Below, piece after piece: positions 11,144 to 23,353 of a stretch of DNA of 32,000 bases. The DNA lies in assembly GCA_963677765.1 (NCBI GenBank), contig OY782392.1, positions 810,001 through 842,000 on the forward strand, in the 5' to 3' direction. The number at the start of each line of letters is the position of its first letter. Positions within the stretch are counted from its first letter, which is position 1. Source of the DNA: Candidatus Saccharimonadota bacterium (GTDB lineage: Bacteria; Patescibacteriota; Gracilibacteria; BD1-5; UBA6164). The notes beneath the pieces are model-generated. The model was given only the letters and a program-made list of their open reading frames with translations. It did no database searches and had not been told where the DNA came from. Both the position numbers and the translations under genes were made by a program.

Positions 11144-14100
11144 ATGTTTAAAAACATAGCAAACTTTTTCATAAAAAATTCAAAATTAACTTTTGTTATA
11201 GTATTTGTAAGTTTTTTTGTTTGAATTGCTAGTTATTTTTCTTTGCCAAAACAATATAATCCTACTATTGTTGTTCCTGCTTTTGAAATACAAATACCTG
11301 CAAATTGACTTTCAGTAAACGAAGTTAAAACAAAAATAATAGATCCAGTTGAAGATTTGTTATATGAATTAGAGTGAATAGATGATGTTTATTGATATTC
11401 ATATGATAACTTTGCTTGATTAATGGTAAAGTTTGAAGTATGAGTTGATAGTGAAAATGCAAAAATTAGATTATTGCAAAAAATTAATGATAATATTAAT
11501 TTTAAACCAAATGAAATAGCTGAACCTGTGATAAGATCAATAGATCCAGAAGATTTATCTCAAATAACTTATGCAATTAATTATATTGGAAATGATATAT
11601 TAGATAATGAACAAAAACAAATCTATCTTAGACAAATAGCTAATTTAATAAAACAAGAAATAAAAAAAATAGATAATATTACAACTATTGAAATAGTTTG
11701 ATGATTTAAAGAAGATATAGTAATTGATATTAATATTGATGAGTTAAAGGCTAGAAACTGAGATATATTACAAGTATATGATGTGTTACAAAAATATAAT
11801 TTTGATATGCCTAGTTGAGATATTATTAGCTCTGGTGAAAAAGTATTTGTATGAGTTGAGTCTAAAATTAATTCTATAGATGAGCTTAAAAAAATAGTTG
11901 TATCAAATATAAATTGAAATAACTTATATTTAGAAGATATTGCAAGTATAAGATATTGAGTTAGTAGAATTGATAGTTTTACTTTGTATACAGATAATAA
12001 AATAAAAACAGATAGTGTATTAATTTGATTTTGAAAAAAAAGATGAACTAATGCAGTAGTAGTTACTGATAATATAAAATCAAAAATAGAAGAATTAAAA
12101 ATATCTTTACCTAAAGATATTTCTATTGATGTTATACAAGATGAATGAAAAACTGCAAATAATGCAACATCTATGTTGTTAACTAATTTGTTCCAATCAT
12201 TTATTATTGTATTTATTATATTAGCTTTTTACTTATGAGTAAAAGATGCTTTTAATACAGCGGCTTCTATTCCACTAACTTTAGCTTTGGTATTTTTTCT
12301 TGCTATATTAGTATGAGATAACATAAATAAAATTACTTTATTTGCTCTTATTTTAGTTCTTTGAATGATTGTTGATAATTCTACAGTTGTAGTTGAAAAT
12401 ATATCAAGGCATTTAAATGAAAGAATAAACACTTGAAAAACAAAATTAGAAGCAGTTTTAGAATGAGTACAAGAAGTATGATTTTGAGTTATAATGGCAA
12501 CTATTACAAGACTTCTAGCATTTTGAAGTATGTTCGCTGTTACATGAATGATGTGAGAGTATATGTGACCAATACCTAAATATGCTATATTTGCTTTACT
12601 TATTTCTCTTATAATAGCATTGACTATAAATCCTTGGATAAGTTATATGTCGGCAAATGAAGTAACTGAAAAGGATAGAGATAAACATGAGTCAAACTCT
12701 AAATATGATCCTAGAAAATATTATCTTAATTTTATGAAAATATTTATAAGTGATGATAAAAAATCATTTAAAAATAGGAAAACTTTTAAGTTAGTTTTTT
12801 GGATAACTTTGTTTTCAGTTATTATAGCACCTATATATTTTAGTATATTTAAAGCCAGAATGCTTCCTAAATCAAATCAAGATCAAATATATATTTGGGT
12901 TGATGCACCAAGAAGCTATAGCTCTGAAAAAATGCTTGATATAGAAAAAGATATCACTAATTTTTTCTTTGATAATGAGTCTTTACCTGAAGAATTAGAT
13001 ATAGCAAATAATATAACTAGTACTATATGAAATGCTTTTGTATGAGATTTTGCTAATTTATTTAGATGATGATCTCAAAGAATATGAGAAAATCAAATAA
13101 GTTCTAGATTGAATCTTATAGAAAAAGATGAAATAAAAAACAGAGTTAATTCTGAATATTATACAATTAATATAAGACCTTTATTTAGAGATTATATGTT
13201 ATCTAGATATCCTGACTTAGAATTAAGACTACAAGAAGATCCTCCAGGGCCTCCTGTTATGTCAACTTTTATGATAAATATTAAATGAGATGCTACTAAT
13301 GACTCACTAGATAATTTTATGATAAAGGCTCAAGAAGAAGTAAGATCTATTATTAAAAAATATTCTTTGGTTGATTTATGAAATTCAAATGATACAACTT
13401 ATAGAAAAATTAACCTAAAAGTTGATCATAATTCTGCTTCAAATGCTTGAATAACTACTCAACAAATTACATCAACTTTGGCTATAATATTATCTGATGC
13501 TAATTTATGACTTATAAATAATAATTATAGCTATGAACATAATAGTCTTATTTTATCAGTTGATAATAATCAAAAGGATACTATATGAATATTGGATGAA
13601 ATTTATTTAACTAATAAAAATTGAGTTAAAATAGCCTTAAATTCTTTAGTTGATGTAGAATATTCTTTTGTTTCTAATCAAATTAGTACTGATTCTAGAG
13701 AAGAAGTAAGAACAATTTATGCAGAAATGTGAGATGATTCTCTTGTTTATCCTGTTATAAAGTTATTTAAAATATTCTTAAGTGATGAATTTACTTGAGA
13801 TGATTACAAAGTAGAATCATGGAATCCTTATGGTATAACATATTTATGATTAAAAGATTGAAAAGAATATAAAATAGAATGGTGATGAGAATGGGAATTA
13901 ACTGTAGATACTTTTAGAGATTTATGAATTGCTATGATTTTGTCATTATTAGCTATATATTTTTTACTTGTATGACAATTTTCTAGTTTTAAAATTGCTT
14001 GAATAGTTATGATTACATTTTTACTTAGTTTTTTCTGAGTATTTCCTTGATTTACAGCTTTATATTTATTTAATAATGAATATTTTTCAGCAACAAGTAT

Positions 14101-14437
14101 GATATGAATAATAGCATTATGATGAATTGTTGTTTGAAATGCTATAATACTTATAGACTATTTAAATGTATTAAAAAGAAATTGACTAACTATGTGAGAT
14201 GCTTTATTAAAAGCTTGATATGTTAGATTTGCTCCTATTATATTAACTAGTTTAACAACAGTTTTTTGAGCAGCAACTATAATTTGAGATCCAGTTTGGT
14301 CATGATTGGCTTGGACTGTTATATGGTGATTGCTTATAAGTAGTATTCTTACTCTGGTAGTAATTCCTATATTTTATTATGATAGTCAAAAAGATGAATG
14401 GGAAAAATGTGCATGAATAGATGAAAAAAAATGTTAA
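11144..14437 (+). CDS. RND-superfamily efflux transporter permease (AcrB/AcrD/AcrF family)
   Basis: 1097 aa continuous with TGA=Gly. Typical 12-TM, two-large-loop layout. Conserved TM4-region LFALILVLGMIVDNSTVVVENISRH and second-half equivalent IGIIALGGIVVGNAIILIDY. Stop TAA 14435-14437. Confidence 0.9.
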
Positions 14438-14440
14438 AAA

Positions 14441-14468
14441 AATAACCTACTTAGTAGGTTATTTTTTT
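14441..14468. terminator. bidirectional intrinsic terminator
   Basis: 10-bp perfect stem aataacctac/gtaggttatt, loop tta, T-run. Overlaps the stop of the convergent gene. Confidence 0.7.
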
Positions 14469-15573
14469 AACTATTTTCTTCGTAAGCTTCTAATATTTTT
14501 TTTATTTCAGCTTCTGATCTTCATTTAGCAGTTAATTCTTTTTTTAGTGCTTTTTTTTGTTTTTCTAATTTTCTTACTTTTTTTTGCTCATTTTCTAAAT
14601 CAATTTCTAAATTTAAAGATTTTTTTTCAATTTCTTGCTTATCTATTTGTGCTCTAATTAATTCTTGTTTTAATCTTTCTATTTCTTTGTTTGCTTTTTC
14701 TATTTCAGTTTCTCATTTTAACTCTGTTAATTCAAAAGACTCCATTCTAGTAGTATCTATTTCTCAAGCCTTTATTACATTTGATGTTTTTCTTTCATCT
14801 TTTTGGGCCTCATTTATTATAGGTCTTATTATTTTTTCATTTTTTAGTAATCCTTCTATTGTTGAATTTATTTTATATCATCATCAATTTACTTTTAATA
14901 TTACTCACTTATTTATTAAATGGTTTATTAGTATTCTCATTGTTTCATATCAATGTCATAATTTTTCTACTTTTTCTACCAAAACATCATCTGTAATTAT
15001 TTCATCAGGAAATCTTATATTTAGAATTTTTGATATTTCTCAGAATCAGAAAAATTTATTTACAACATCTTCTAGTTTAATATTTTTTCCATCAATTCAG
15101 CTTTTTATTAATATTTGAACAATTTCTTCTAATTTTTCTTCATAAAAAACAGATTCACTCTTTATTTTTTCTATTTCTCTTTGGTCATCTAATCTTAGGT
15201 TTAGTAATTGTCAAACTCTGTTTTTATATCATTCTATAAGATCTCTTGTTTCATTACTTTCTATTTCACTTTTTATTTTTGTTTTATTTAGATTATGACT
15301 TAGTATTAAAGATAGTGCTTGATAAAATAATAAATCATTTTTTAATGATTCTTTTGAGTTATTTGTAGTAGCTATTCTGTTTATTTCTTGATTTAAAAAT
15401 TCTAAAAAATAACCATTAGCTATTAAATCAATAGATTTTTCAACTTCTTGAGCCAATAGACTCATTTTTAATTGATTATCTTTTTTATAATTAGCTAAAA
15501 AAGCATCTCTTAAAGCATCTATGATATTTTTATATCAATCATATGTGTTATAGTCATCAAATTTATTAACCAT
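14467..15573 (-). CDS. hypothetical protein with winged-helix-like central segment and C-terminal coiled coil
   Basis: 368 aa (1107 nt, in frame with the standard-code fragment 15229-15465). Contains an NGGGY run from three tandem TGA codons. The C-terminal ~90 aa are an E/K/Q heptad-like coiled coil. No family recognised. Confidence 0.65.
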
Positions 15574-15718
15574 AATTTTTTTTTATTTTGTATATATTTT
15601 TTATAATATCATTTTATTTTGATTTAGACAAAATATATTAATGTATTTTTTAAATAAACTTTTAAAAATGCCAAAAATGTATAAAATACTTATCAAATTA
15701 ATTTTATAATTACTCTTA

Positions 15719-16093
15719 ATGAAAAAAAGATTTTTATTATTTTTGATATTTGTAATATTCCTTTTATCATTTACTACTTTTTTCCTTATATTAAACTATC
15801 TGGATCCATATGAATATAGGTTATTATCAGTATCTTTTATAATTATAAGTTTTATTTTATCTTGTACATCTTTTTTTACAATTTTTTTGTATTTTATAAA
15901 AAAAATTTATTTCAGGTGAAACGTATATATATATCATGTACTATCTAGCTTTAGGCAATCTTTTTTTATAAGTTTGTTTTTTATTAGTCTTATATATTTC
16001 AATTACTTACAAGCGCCTATTTTTATAACAGGTATATTTTCTTTTTTACTTTTGTTTTTTCTAGAATTATTTATTAAAAACCAAGAAAGTTAA
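15719..16093 (+). CDS. small membrane protein (about 4 TM helices)
   Basis: 124 aa. Extends the track ORF 15719-15919 through a TGA. Hydrophobic throughout. Confidence 0.6.
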
Positions 16094-16172
16094 TCGTCAA
16101 GACTTCTTTCTTTGAAAAAAAGGTTAAAATGTTTTAAAATATATATAGATGTTTATTTTTTAAAATATTATT

Positions 16173-18224
16173 TTGCATAAAATATATATATCAATTTTAT
16201 TAGTTTTTTGATTTATTTTGCATTACTGATTTGTACATGCATTAACTAATTCAGAAAAATGAGCTATACTAGAAAGATTTCAACAACAACAATATGAGTT
16301 GTTATTTAAGTCTGAATTATCTGACTTTGGTTGAGAATATTCAGATGTTTTTAGTATATCAAAAAAACTAGATTTATATAATTCTATGAGTAATGATATA
16401 TTAGAAGAAAGACAAGATGCTCAAGAAAAATATACTGATTTAGTTAGTCATGTAAGCTCTTTGGAAGAACAACTAAATGATTTAAATGCAAGTATCGAAC
16501 AAACTCAAAACAAGGTAAAAAATATAAACCTTGATGTTATTAGAATTAAATGAGAAATAGAAGAAAATTCAGTTACAATTGAAGAATTAAAACAAAAAAT
16601 AGAAGAAAATAAAGAAGTATTATTAGATTATTTAATATATATCTATAAAAAATCTAATACTTCTTACGAATGAACTGAAATCGATAATTTAAAAAGTATA
16701 TTGTTGAATTGAGAAGATATAGGTGATATGATTAATGATCTTTATTATAAGTGAATTATTCAAGTAACTGGTCAAAATTTAATAGATACTCATAGAAGTT
16801 ATATAAGTGAACTATATATTAAAAAAGTTAACTTAGAAAAAAAAGAACAAGAATTAAAAGAATTAAGAAAACAATGAATTATTGAACAAAAAATTCTTCA
16901 AGATAAAAAAGACTTCCAACAAAAACTATTAGAAGAATCAAAATGAGAACAAGAATATTATGAACAATATTTAGAAGATAAAATAGAGTTAGAAAGTGAA
17001 GTAAAATTGAAAGTTTTAAGAGAAAGAATTAAATTAAACTCAGCTAGAAATACTATTTTAGAAAAATATGGTTGTGATTTTATTGATGTTACACAAGATT
17101 CAGAAGAAGTTAGAACTATGCAAATTACTTCTGAAAAATGTTACAATATAAATAGAATGCTTTATTGAGAATCTCAATTAGCTAATAATAGTGAAAATCT
17201 AAATGAAAATAAAACTCATAATGTATTTGATTGGCCTGTTAATCCATATTTAGGTGTATCAGCTTTTTATAGAGATCCATCATATAGAGAAACATTTTGA
17301 GCTGATCATAATGCAATTGATGTAGTTATACCTCAATGAACTCCTATTGAAGCTCCAATGGATTGATATGTTTTATACTTAAATCCACCAACAAGTGAAG
17401 CTTATTCTTATTTAGCATTAAAACACTATGATTGATATATAACTGTTTACTGACATTTGAGTGAAATATTAGTAGACGAATATCAATATGTAGAAAAATG
17501 AGAAATAATAGCAAGAACATGATGAGAATTTTGAACAGCTTGAGCATGATATATTACAACTGGTCCACATCTTCATTTAGAAGTATTTAAAGACCAAGAA
17601 TATATAGATCCATTAACTGTTTTAGATAACTCTTATTTAAAATTTGAAACTCTACCTGATAGATATCAAACAAAATACTTAATTGATTATCAATTAAGAA
17701 AATGATATGCATATCAAAATATAGATAAAAATTCAAAAACTTTTTATCTAGAATGAAATAATGAAATAGAAAGACAAAAAAATCTTATTTCTAAATATGC
17801 AGTTTGATCATTTAATAACTGGCAAATGTGGATAGATGAATCACTTGATTGAAATATAGATCCATCACTTGTTATGTGTATTTGATTAGCAGAATCAGGT
17901 TTATGAAAAAACCTTAGTTCTCCTTATAATATATGAAATGTTTGAAATAATGATAGATGAGATAGAAAATGATTTGAAAATGCAAGACAATGAGTTTATG
18001 CTATAATTCAAACATTAAACAATAGATACTTCAAAGACTATAACGATTTATCTAAACTATCATGAGCATGAAGACAATTAATGTGATTACCTTCTTGTAA
18101 AGAGCAATGAGAATATTGTTATGCAACAGACACTAATCATTGGCATAATAATGTTACAAAATGTTTAACTCATTTGAAATGATCATTTGTTCCAGATACA
18201 TATAACTTCAGGTTATTAAAATAG
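16173..18224 (+). CDS. secreted peptidoglycan hydrolase: signal peptide, coiled coil, M23 (LytM) metallopeptidase, C-terminal glucosaminidase/lysozyme-like domain
   Basis: M23 motifs HNAIDV...GTPIEAPMDGYV and TGPHLHLEVF. C-terminal CIGLAESGLGKNLSSPYNIGNVGNND resembles the glucosaminidase (FlgJ-type) motif. There is no in-frame ATG before the signal-like N-terminus (ISILLVFGFILHYGFVHA), so a TTG start at 16173 is assumed. Stop TAG 18222-18224. Confidence 0.75.
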
Positions 18225-18244
18225 TGTGAAATTTTGCACTACTA

Positions 18245-18303
18245 AAAGATATATGATAAAATATTACTAGATTTAGAATATTTTTATCTTATATCTTTTT
18301 TTT
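18245..18303 (+). terminator. long-stem hairpin plus T-run, putative terminator abutting the next start codon
   Basis: 15-nt arms aaagatatatgataa / ttatcttatatcttt (1 mismatch), 24-nt loop, T-run to 18303. Confidence 0.45.
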
Positions 18304-19239
18304 ATGAAAAAAATAAAATTAATATCTTTGTTTTATATTTTATATTCTTATTTGAATATACAAATTTCTCATGCTGCTGTATGAGCTAATGAATTAGATC
18401 AATGAAAAGAAAATGTAAGTATTATTGCTAGTTTTTTTACAACACAAATGCTTCTTAATGTAATATTTGCTATAGCTGTTGTATTTCTTACTTTTGTATC
18501 ATCAAAAATGTTATCAGCTAAATTGGCTAGATATTTAGAAGAAACTGCAAATTGAGAAAATAGGGAAGAATTAGTAGGTGTTTTATCAAGAACTACACAT
18601 ATAACAGTACTTTTTATATGATTTGCAATAACTTTGACTATATTGTGAGTTGATATGTGAATTTTTTTAGGTTGATTATGATTTTGATTATGATTTACTT
18701 TGAAAATATTTTTATCAAACTTTATAGCTTGAATTATAATGGTAACTCAATGAACTTATCATAATTGAGATCTTATTCAATTAGAAGATGGTAAAATGTG
18801 AAATATAAAAAGAATACATTCTCTTTTTACAGCTGTTCAACAATTTGATGGTGTTATTTACTATGTACCTAATGTTAAGTTTTTAGAAGAAAATGTTTCT
18901 AACTATAATAGTAATGATAAGAGAAGGGTAGAAATACATGTTTGAGTTGATTATGATACTGATTTAGTTAAAGCTAAAAAGATCATGATACAAGTTATAA
19001 AACAATTTCCAAATGTTTTAGTTAGTCCTGAACCAATGGTTACAGTAGATAAATTAGCTGATAGTTGAGTTAATATGATTCTTAGATTTTGGATTCCAGC
19101 AGATGGAGGAGATTATCTAAAAACAAAATCAAATGTTACTGAAACTATACACTTAGCATTTAGACAATCTGGAATTACTATTCCTTTCCCACAAGTTACA
19201 CTTAGTAATAGATCTGATTTTACAATTAAAAATAATTAA
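18304..19239 (+). CDS. mechanosensitive ion channel, MscS family
   Basis: 311 aa. Pore-helix region GIFLGGLGFGLGFTLKIFLSNFIAGIIM followed by a beta domain (GDLIQLEDGKMGNIKRIHSLFT...VPN), typical of MscS/YnaI-like channels. Confidence 0.85.
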
Positions 19240-19242
19240 AAA

Positions 19243-19270
19243 AAAGAAGTTTTAAAAACTTCTTTTTTTT
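19243..19270. terminator. bidirectional intrinsic terminator
   Basis: 8-bp stem agaagttt/aaacttct, 3-nt loop, A-run on the left and T-run on the right, between convergent genes. Confidence 0.65.
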
Positions 19271-20639
19271 ATGCTCTTTTTTGTTTGATAACAAAATATA
19301 TTATTGGTAATAATAAAGATATTAATAATAACAATAATAATTCAGGTCATGTTTTTACTTTTGTAGCATCAGATAATGCTCATTCATATGGTTCTCAATT
19401 ATCATCTTGCGTTACAGCTTTTACATAAAAATTTTCATATCTTACTTCTTCTCATGTAAACATAACTTCATATCTAGATTCTTCAACATTTGCAATCATT
19501 TCTAATTCTCAATTTTCTAATTCTCTATATACATTATAACTAAGAGCATCTTCAAGTGAGTCCCATGATAATACAGATTTTGATTTTAATTCTACTACTT
19601 TTAGATTTTTTATATTTAAATCTAATTCTTTTTCTTCTATAACTTCTTCTACTGGATTTGCAGCATTTAGATCTTCAGGTTTATTAACTACTAAACTAGA
19701 AGCTCATAATTCTCTTTTTTCATGTCATATTTCATCTTTTAATATAACATCTATACTGTAAACTCATTCGTCACCAGGAGCATAAGTTTTAGCTTTATAT
19801 ATTCATTCTTCATCTTCTTTTAGAGTTGTTACTACATCATTTATAACTACACTAACATCTCTTAATCATTTGTTTGATATAATTTCTATTTCAAATGCTC
19901 AGTTTGTATCAACTTCTTCAGGTATAGTTTTTATATTTTTTAAGCTAATATTATTAGTTTCTACTTTTATCTTGATTTCATTTGATTCTCAAATAACATT
20001 ATCATCTCAATCTAATACTTTTGCAGTTATAGTATTTTCTCAATCCATTAATCATGTTATTTCTTTTTCATATATTCATTCATTGTTTGTTGTAGTTTCG
20101 AATTCTTCACTAGAATTAACAGTTATTATAACTTTGTGATTTTTATCCGAGCTACCTGATACTTTTATAGAGTCTTCTCAAATTGTTAATCCATTTTCTG
20201 GACTTATAATATCTATAGTAGCAGAGCTTACTGTTCATTCTCATTCAATATTAACTTCTCAAATACCAAATACTGTATCATCATTGAAGTCATAAACATA
20301 TATATTTTGATTTCCTGGATTCAGAAATTTTACTGCATTTTCAAACATTATTTTTCATTGATCTGAAGGTTTGAATGTATAAGTATTTTCTTCTAGTTCA
20401 AGAGGTAGTTCAGCTTCAGGATCTGATTCCGAAAATATTAAAACCATTCATTCATAATCAGTAACAGTTTGATTATTTTTGTCTTTTGCTTCGATATAAA
20501 AATCTAGATATTCTCATGCTTTTGCATTTTCAGGTGTAAGTTTCACCTCAAAGTTATCTATTCAGGCAGCTAATGTAGTAGGAATAGCTAATAATATACT
20601 AGTAAAACTAGTTGCTAATATTTTGCTTAAAATTTTCAT
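19269..20639 (-). CDS. secreted surface protein with Ig-like/FN3 repeats and C-terminal sorting-signal-like tail
   Basis: 456 aa (1371 nt). Signal peptide MKILSKILATSFTSILLAIPTTLAA. FN3-like segment LKVVELKSKSVLSWDSLEDALSYNVYRE...YVKAV. C-terminus KTGPE + LLLLLLISLLLPIIYFVI + KQKRA. Confidence 0.7.
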
Positions 20640-20738
20640 AAAGAGAGAATTAACTTATTTAAAATATTATCTATAATATAACTAAAAATAGCTTTTTTAA
20701 AACAAATCTTAGCTTTTTTGTCTTTACAATTTTATTTA

Positions 20739-21776
20739 TTATATTTTAATATAGTAAGTATCGGGATCTTCAAAAATATTTGATATAAAAGTTTGGTAAT
20801 ATCTTATTTTTGATAATAGCATATTTTTATGTTCTTGATCTAGTTCACTTAATAAATCATCTATAATCAAAATAGGTTTTTTTCATGTCTTTTTTTCTAT
20901 AAATATACCTTCTAATAACTTTAGATATATTATAACACTTTTTGCTTCTCATCTAGAAGCAAAATTTATTAGATTTATACCATCTATACTTACTTCAAAG
21001 TCATCGATATGTGGTCATATAGGTGTTTTTCATAGTATGATATCTCTTTTTATATTTTTATCTATATATTCTTTTATAGATGATTCTATATTGTTTTCAT
21101 CTACTTTTGTTTTGTATATAAACTCTATATTTTGAGCTTTTTCTCAAAAATATTCTTTTGTATTTACTATAGATTCTTTTAAAAAATTTATTAGTTTAAA
21201 CCTATATTTATATATTTGAGAAGCTAACTCTATGAAGTTTTTATCAAAGAAAACTAAATCATCTAAACTAGCTTTTTGCTCGTTTATTGCTTTTAGCACT
21301 GAGTTTCTAGATTTTACTATTTTTTTGTATTTTTTTAGTAATAAATCATACTCTTCATAACTACTTTTTAGTGTTTCATCTATAAAATCTCTCCTAAGAC
21401 TAGGGGATAAATACATCATATTCATCATTATAGGAGAAAAAATAACACATGAATAAGATTCTAGAAGAAATTTTTTCCTTGTAGTTTTTTTGTTGTTTAT
21501 TAGATAATTTTTCTTTTTATCTTTTTTTGAATAATAAAATCAAAATTTATCTCATTTTTTATTAAAAACTTCAATAAAAAAATAATCCTCTCACAATTTT
21601 ACTAAATCATCTAAATGTAATTTTGTGATAGAATTATTTCATATTAGACTTATAGCTTCTAGGATATTTGTTTTTCATTTTCAGTTTTCTCAAATAATAA
21701 AGTTTTCATCTCTGAAATCATTTATTTCTTTTGATCAAAAATTTCTAAAATTTACTATTTTTAAGTCTTTTATCAT
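20739..21776 (-). CDS. recF: DNA replication/repair protein RecF
   Basis: 345 aa. Walker A GENGKGKTNILEAI (21666-21692, three Gly from TGA). Signature region ASRGEAKS. Walker B PILIIDDLLSELD. In frame with track fragment 21144-21428. Confidence 0.85.
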
Positions 21777-21784
21777 ATTTTTAA

Positions 21785-22072
21785 TTATTTCATTATATTT
21801 GAAATAGCTATTTGATTTGCTACTACTTTTTGTTTTGAACAAGCTAGTAGATCTTTTACTTCTGTTTCTTTTTGTGTTTCTACATCATCTCTAAGAATAT
21901 TTTCTTTTTCTACTACAGAAACAGTAGGAGCTACTCAACTAGTATCAACTTCATTTAATAAGTCTATATATTTTAGTATTTCATTTATATCGTTAGCTAA
22001 TTTTTCATCTTCTAATTTTATTTTACTTAGATTTTTTGATAATTTTTCAATTTGTTCTTGTGTTAAACTCAT
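21785..22072 (-). CDS. gatC: Asp/Glu-tRNA amidotransferase subunit C
   Basis: 95 aa. MSLTQEQIEKLSKNLSKIKLEDEK...VDTSGVAPTVSVVEKENILRDD matches the GatC pattern (...v.p......lReD). Confidence 0.75.
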
Positions 22073-22141
22073 TTCTTAATATATTAATTGTAATAAATTT
22101 AATTTAAATATATTTTTTATTTTTAAAAAATCAAGATTTCT

Positions 22142-22507
22142 ATGTGAATAAAAGAAAAAATAAAACAAGACTTTGCTACTAAGTCTATATTATGTAGAGC
22201 AAGACTTAATTCAGCAAAAACTATATTTGCTATCGTTGCTTTTTTATTTTTTGTTAGTTTCTTTTTTGTTTGAGCATGATTTTATAGAGATATTTTTATA
22301 AGATTTCTAAGTATTTTATATATATTGTTATTAGTATCTTTTGATTTTTTAGTTTTTGTATATTTAGCTAACAAGTTTTTAGAAAAATTTGGTATTGTTT
22401 TTAAAATAATTACTATAGTTTTTCTTCTATTGTTTACATTACTTATGATATGACCAGTTTTATATGACTGAGGTTTTATCTCTTTTTATAATGAATATTT
22501 AAATTAA
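22142..22507 (+). CDS. small membrane protein
   Basis: 121 aa. It starts ATG-TGA (MG...), so it is invisible to standard-code ORF calling. Three or four hydrophobic helices. Confidence 0.55.
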
Positions 22508-22533
22508 AATTTTAAAAAATTATATAAAAAATT

Positions 22534-23088
22534 ATGTTAAAAAAAATCCCCTTATTAATCATAATGATGTTTTGAATTGTTTCTTGTGGTTGAGCTGAAC
22601 AATGAATAGAATCATGATTTAGCGATTTTGAAAATGAATCTTTCAAAATGAAAATTCCAAGTGTGTGGGAAATAATAGAAGACAAAGATACTATTTTACC
22701 AAAAGCACGTGCTTGAGAAATAGAATTAGCTGTTACTTCTACCAATTTTAATACAGGTTTTGCTAATAATATGCTTATATTATCTGATAATTTAGATTCT
22801 TTAACTACAGCTAAAGATTATTCTATGTTAAATAATGTATGAGCTTCTTCTGATTATATCGACTATAAAAAACTAGCTACAAAAAATGTAGTTTTCGCTG
22901 ATTGAACAGAGTCTGTTTTATATGAATTCGAAGCAAAATACAACAAAGATACACCTCTTTTAAAATTTATACAAACTGCTAATATTTGTAACACAAATAA
23001 AGCTTACTTTATAACAGTTGCTTTGAATACTAATGTAGAAGATATAACTAGATACGAAGATTTTATAACAAGTTTTGAGTGTAAATAA
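22534..23088 (+). CDS. hypothetical lipoprotein
   Basis: 184 aa. Signal plus lipobox LLIIMMFGIVSCG. Soluble alpha/beta-looking remainder. No family recognised. Confidence 0.65.
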
Positions 23089-23094
23089 TAAAAA

Positions 23095-23127
23095 ATGAAA
23101 ATTTCTTTTGAAATTTTCATTTTTTTA
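23095..23127 (+). terminator. intrinsic terminator
   Basis: 10-bp perfect stem atgaaaattt/aaattttcat, 6-nt loop, T-run. Confidence 0.7.
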
Positions 23128-23153
23128 TTATAATCAGCAAGCAACAATTTTTT

Positions 23154-23182
23154 ATATTATATATGGTGCCATGGCAGAGTGG
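23154..23182 (+). repeat. 29-bp exact copy of the tRNA-Cys upstream 11 nt plus tRNA positions 1-18
   Basis: ATATTATATATGGTGCCATGGCAGAGTGG is identical at 23154-23182 and 23354-23382. Confidence 0.9.
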
Positions 23183-23316
23183 CGATTAGGTAAGTATTAA
23201 TAGATGTAAAACGACGAATAGGAGTTTTAAAATCATTAATAGTCCTAGTGAGTGCGAAAGAGTCTGTAATGAAATGGAAGCGAATGAAGCGGACATCAGA
23301 GGTCTGAGCTCTGCAT
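23165..23316 (+). other. tRNA-Cys-derived, GC-enriched ~150-nt element (candidate structured RNA or decayed/disrupted tRNA copy); not a functional tRNA
   Basis: Starts with tRNA-Cys nt 1-18 and then diverges. I count 63 G+C in its first 150 nt, clearly above flanking spacers. Long-range pairing GCAGAG (23174-23179) with CTCTGC (23309-23314). Local stems TAGGA/TCCTA (23219-23223 / 23243-23247) and CGGAC/GTCTG with a 7-nt loop AUCAGAG (23290-23306). C-GAAA-G tetraloop at 23255-23260. No T-arm or 3' acceptor. Confidence 0.4.
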
Positions 23317-23353
23317 TAAACTAACGTTTCAAAAAAATAAATTGTTGATATAA

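Noticed and set aside
23165-23316. A second tRNA gene, an intron-containing tRNA-Cys, or a known housekeeping RNA (SRP/4.5S, tmRNA, RNase P, 6S)
   Set aside because: There is no T-arm or 3' acceptor strand anywhere downstream, so no cloverleaf can form even after removing an insert. I could not find the SRP helix-8 GGAA/AGCA motif context, the tmRNA acceptor/T-arm ends or the RNase P GAGGAAAGUCC-type core. I also checked hammerhead-like cores on both strands and found none.
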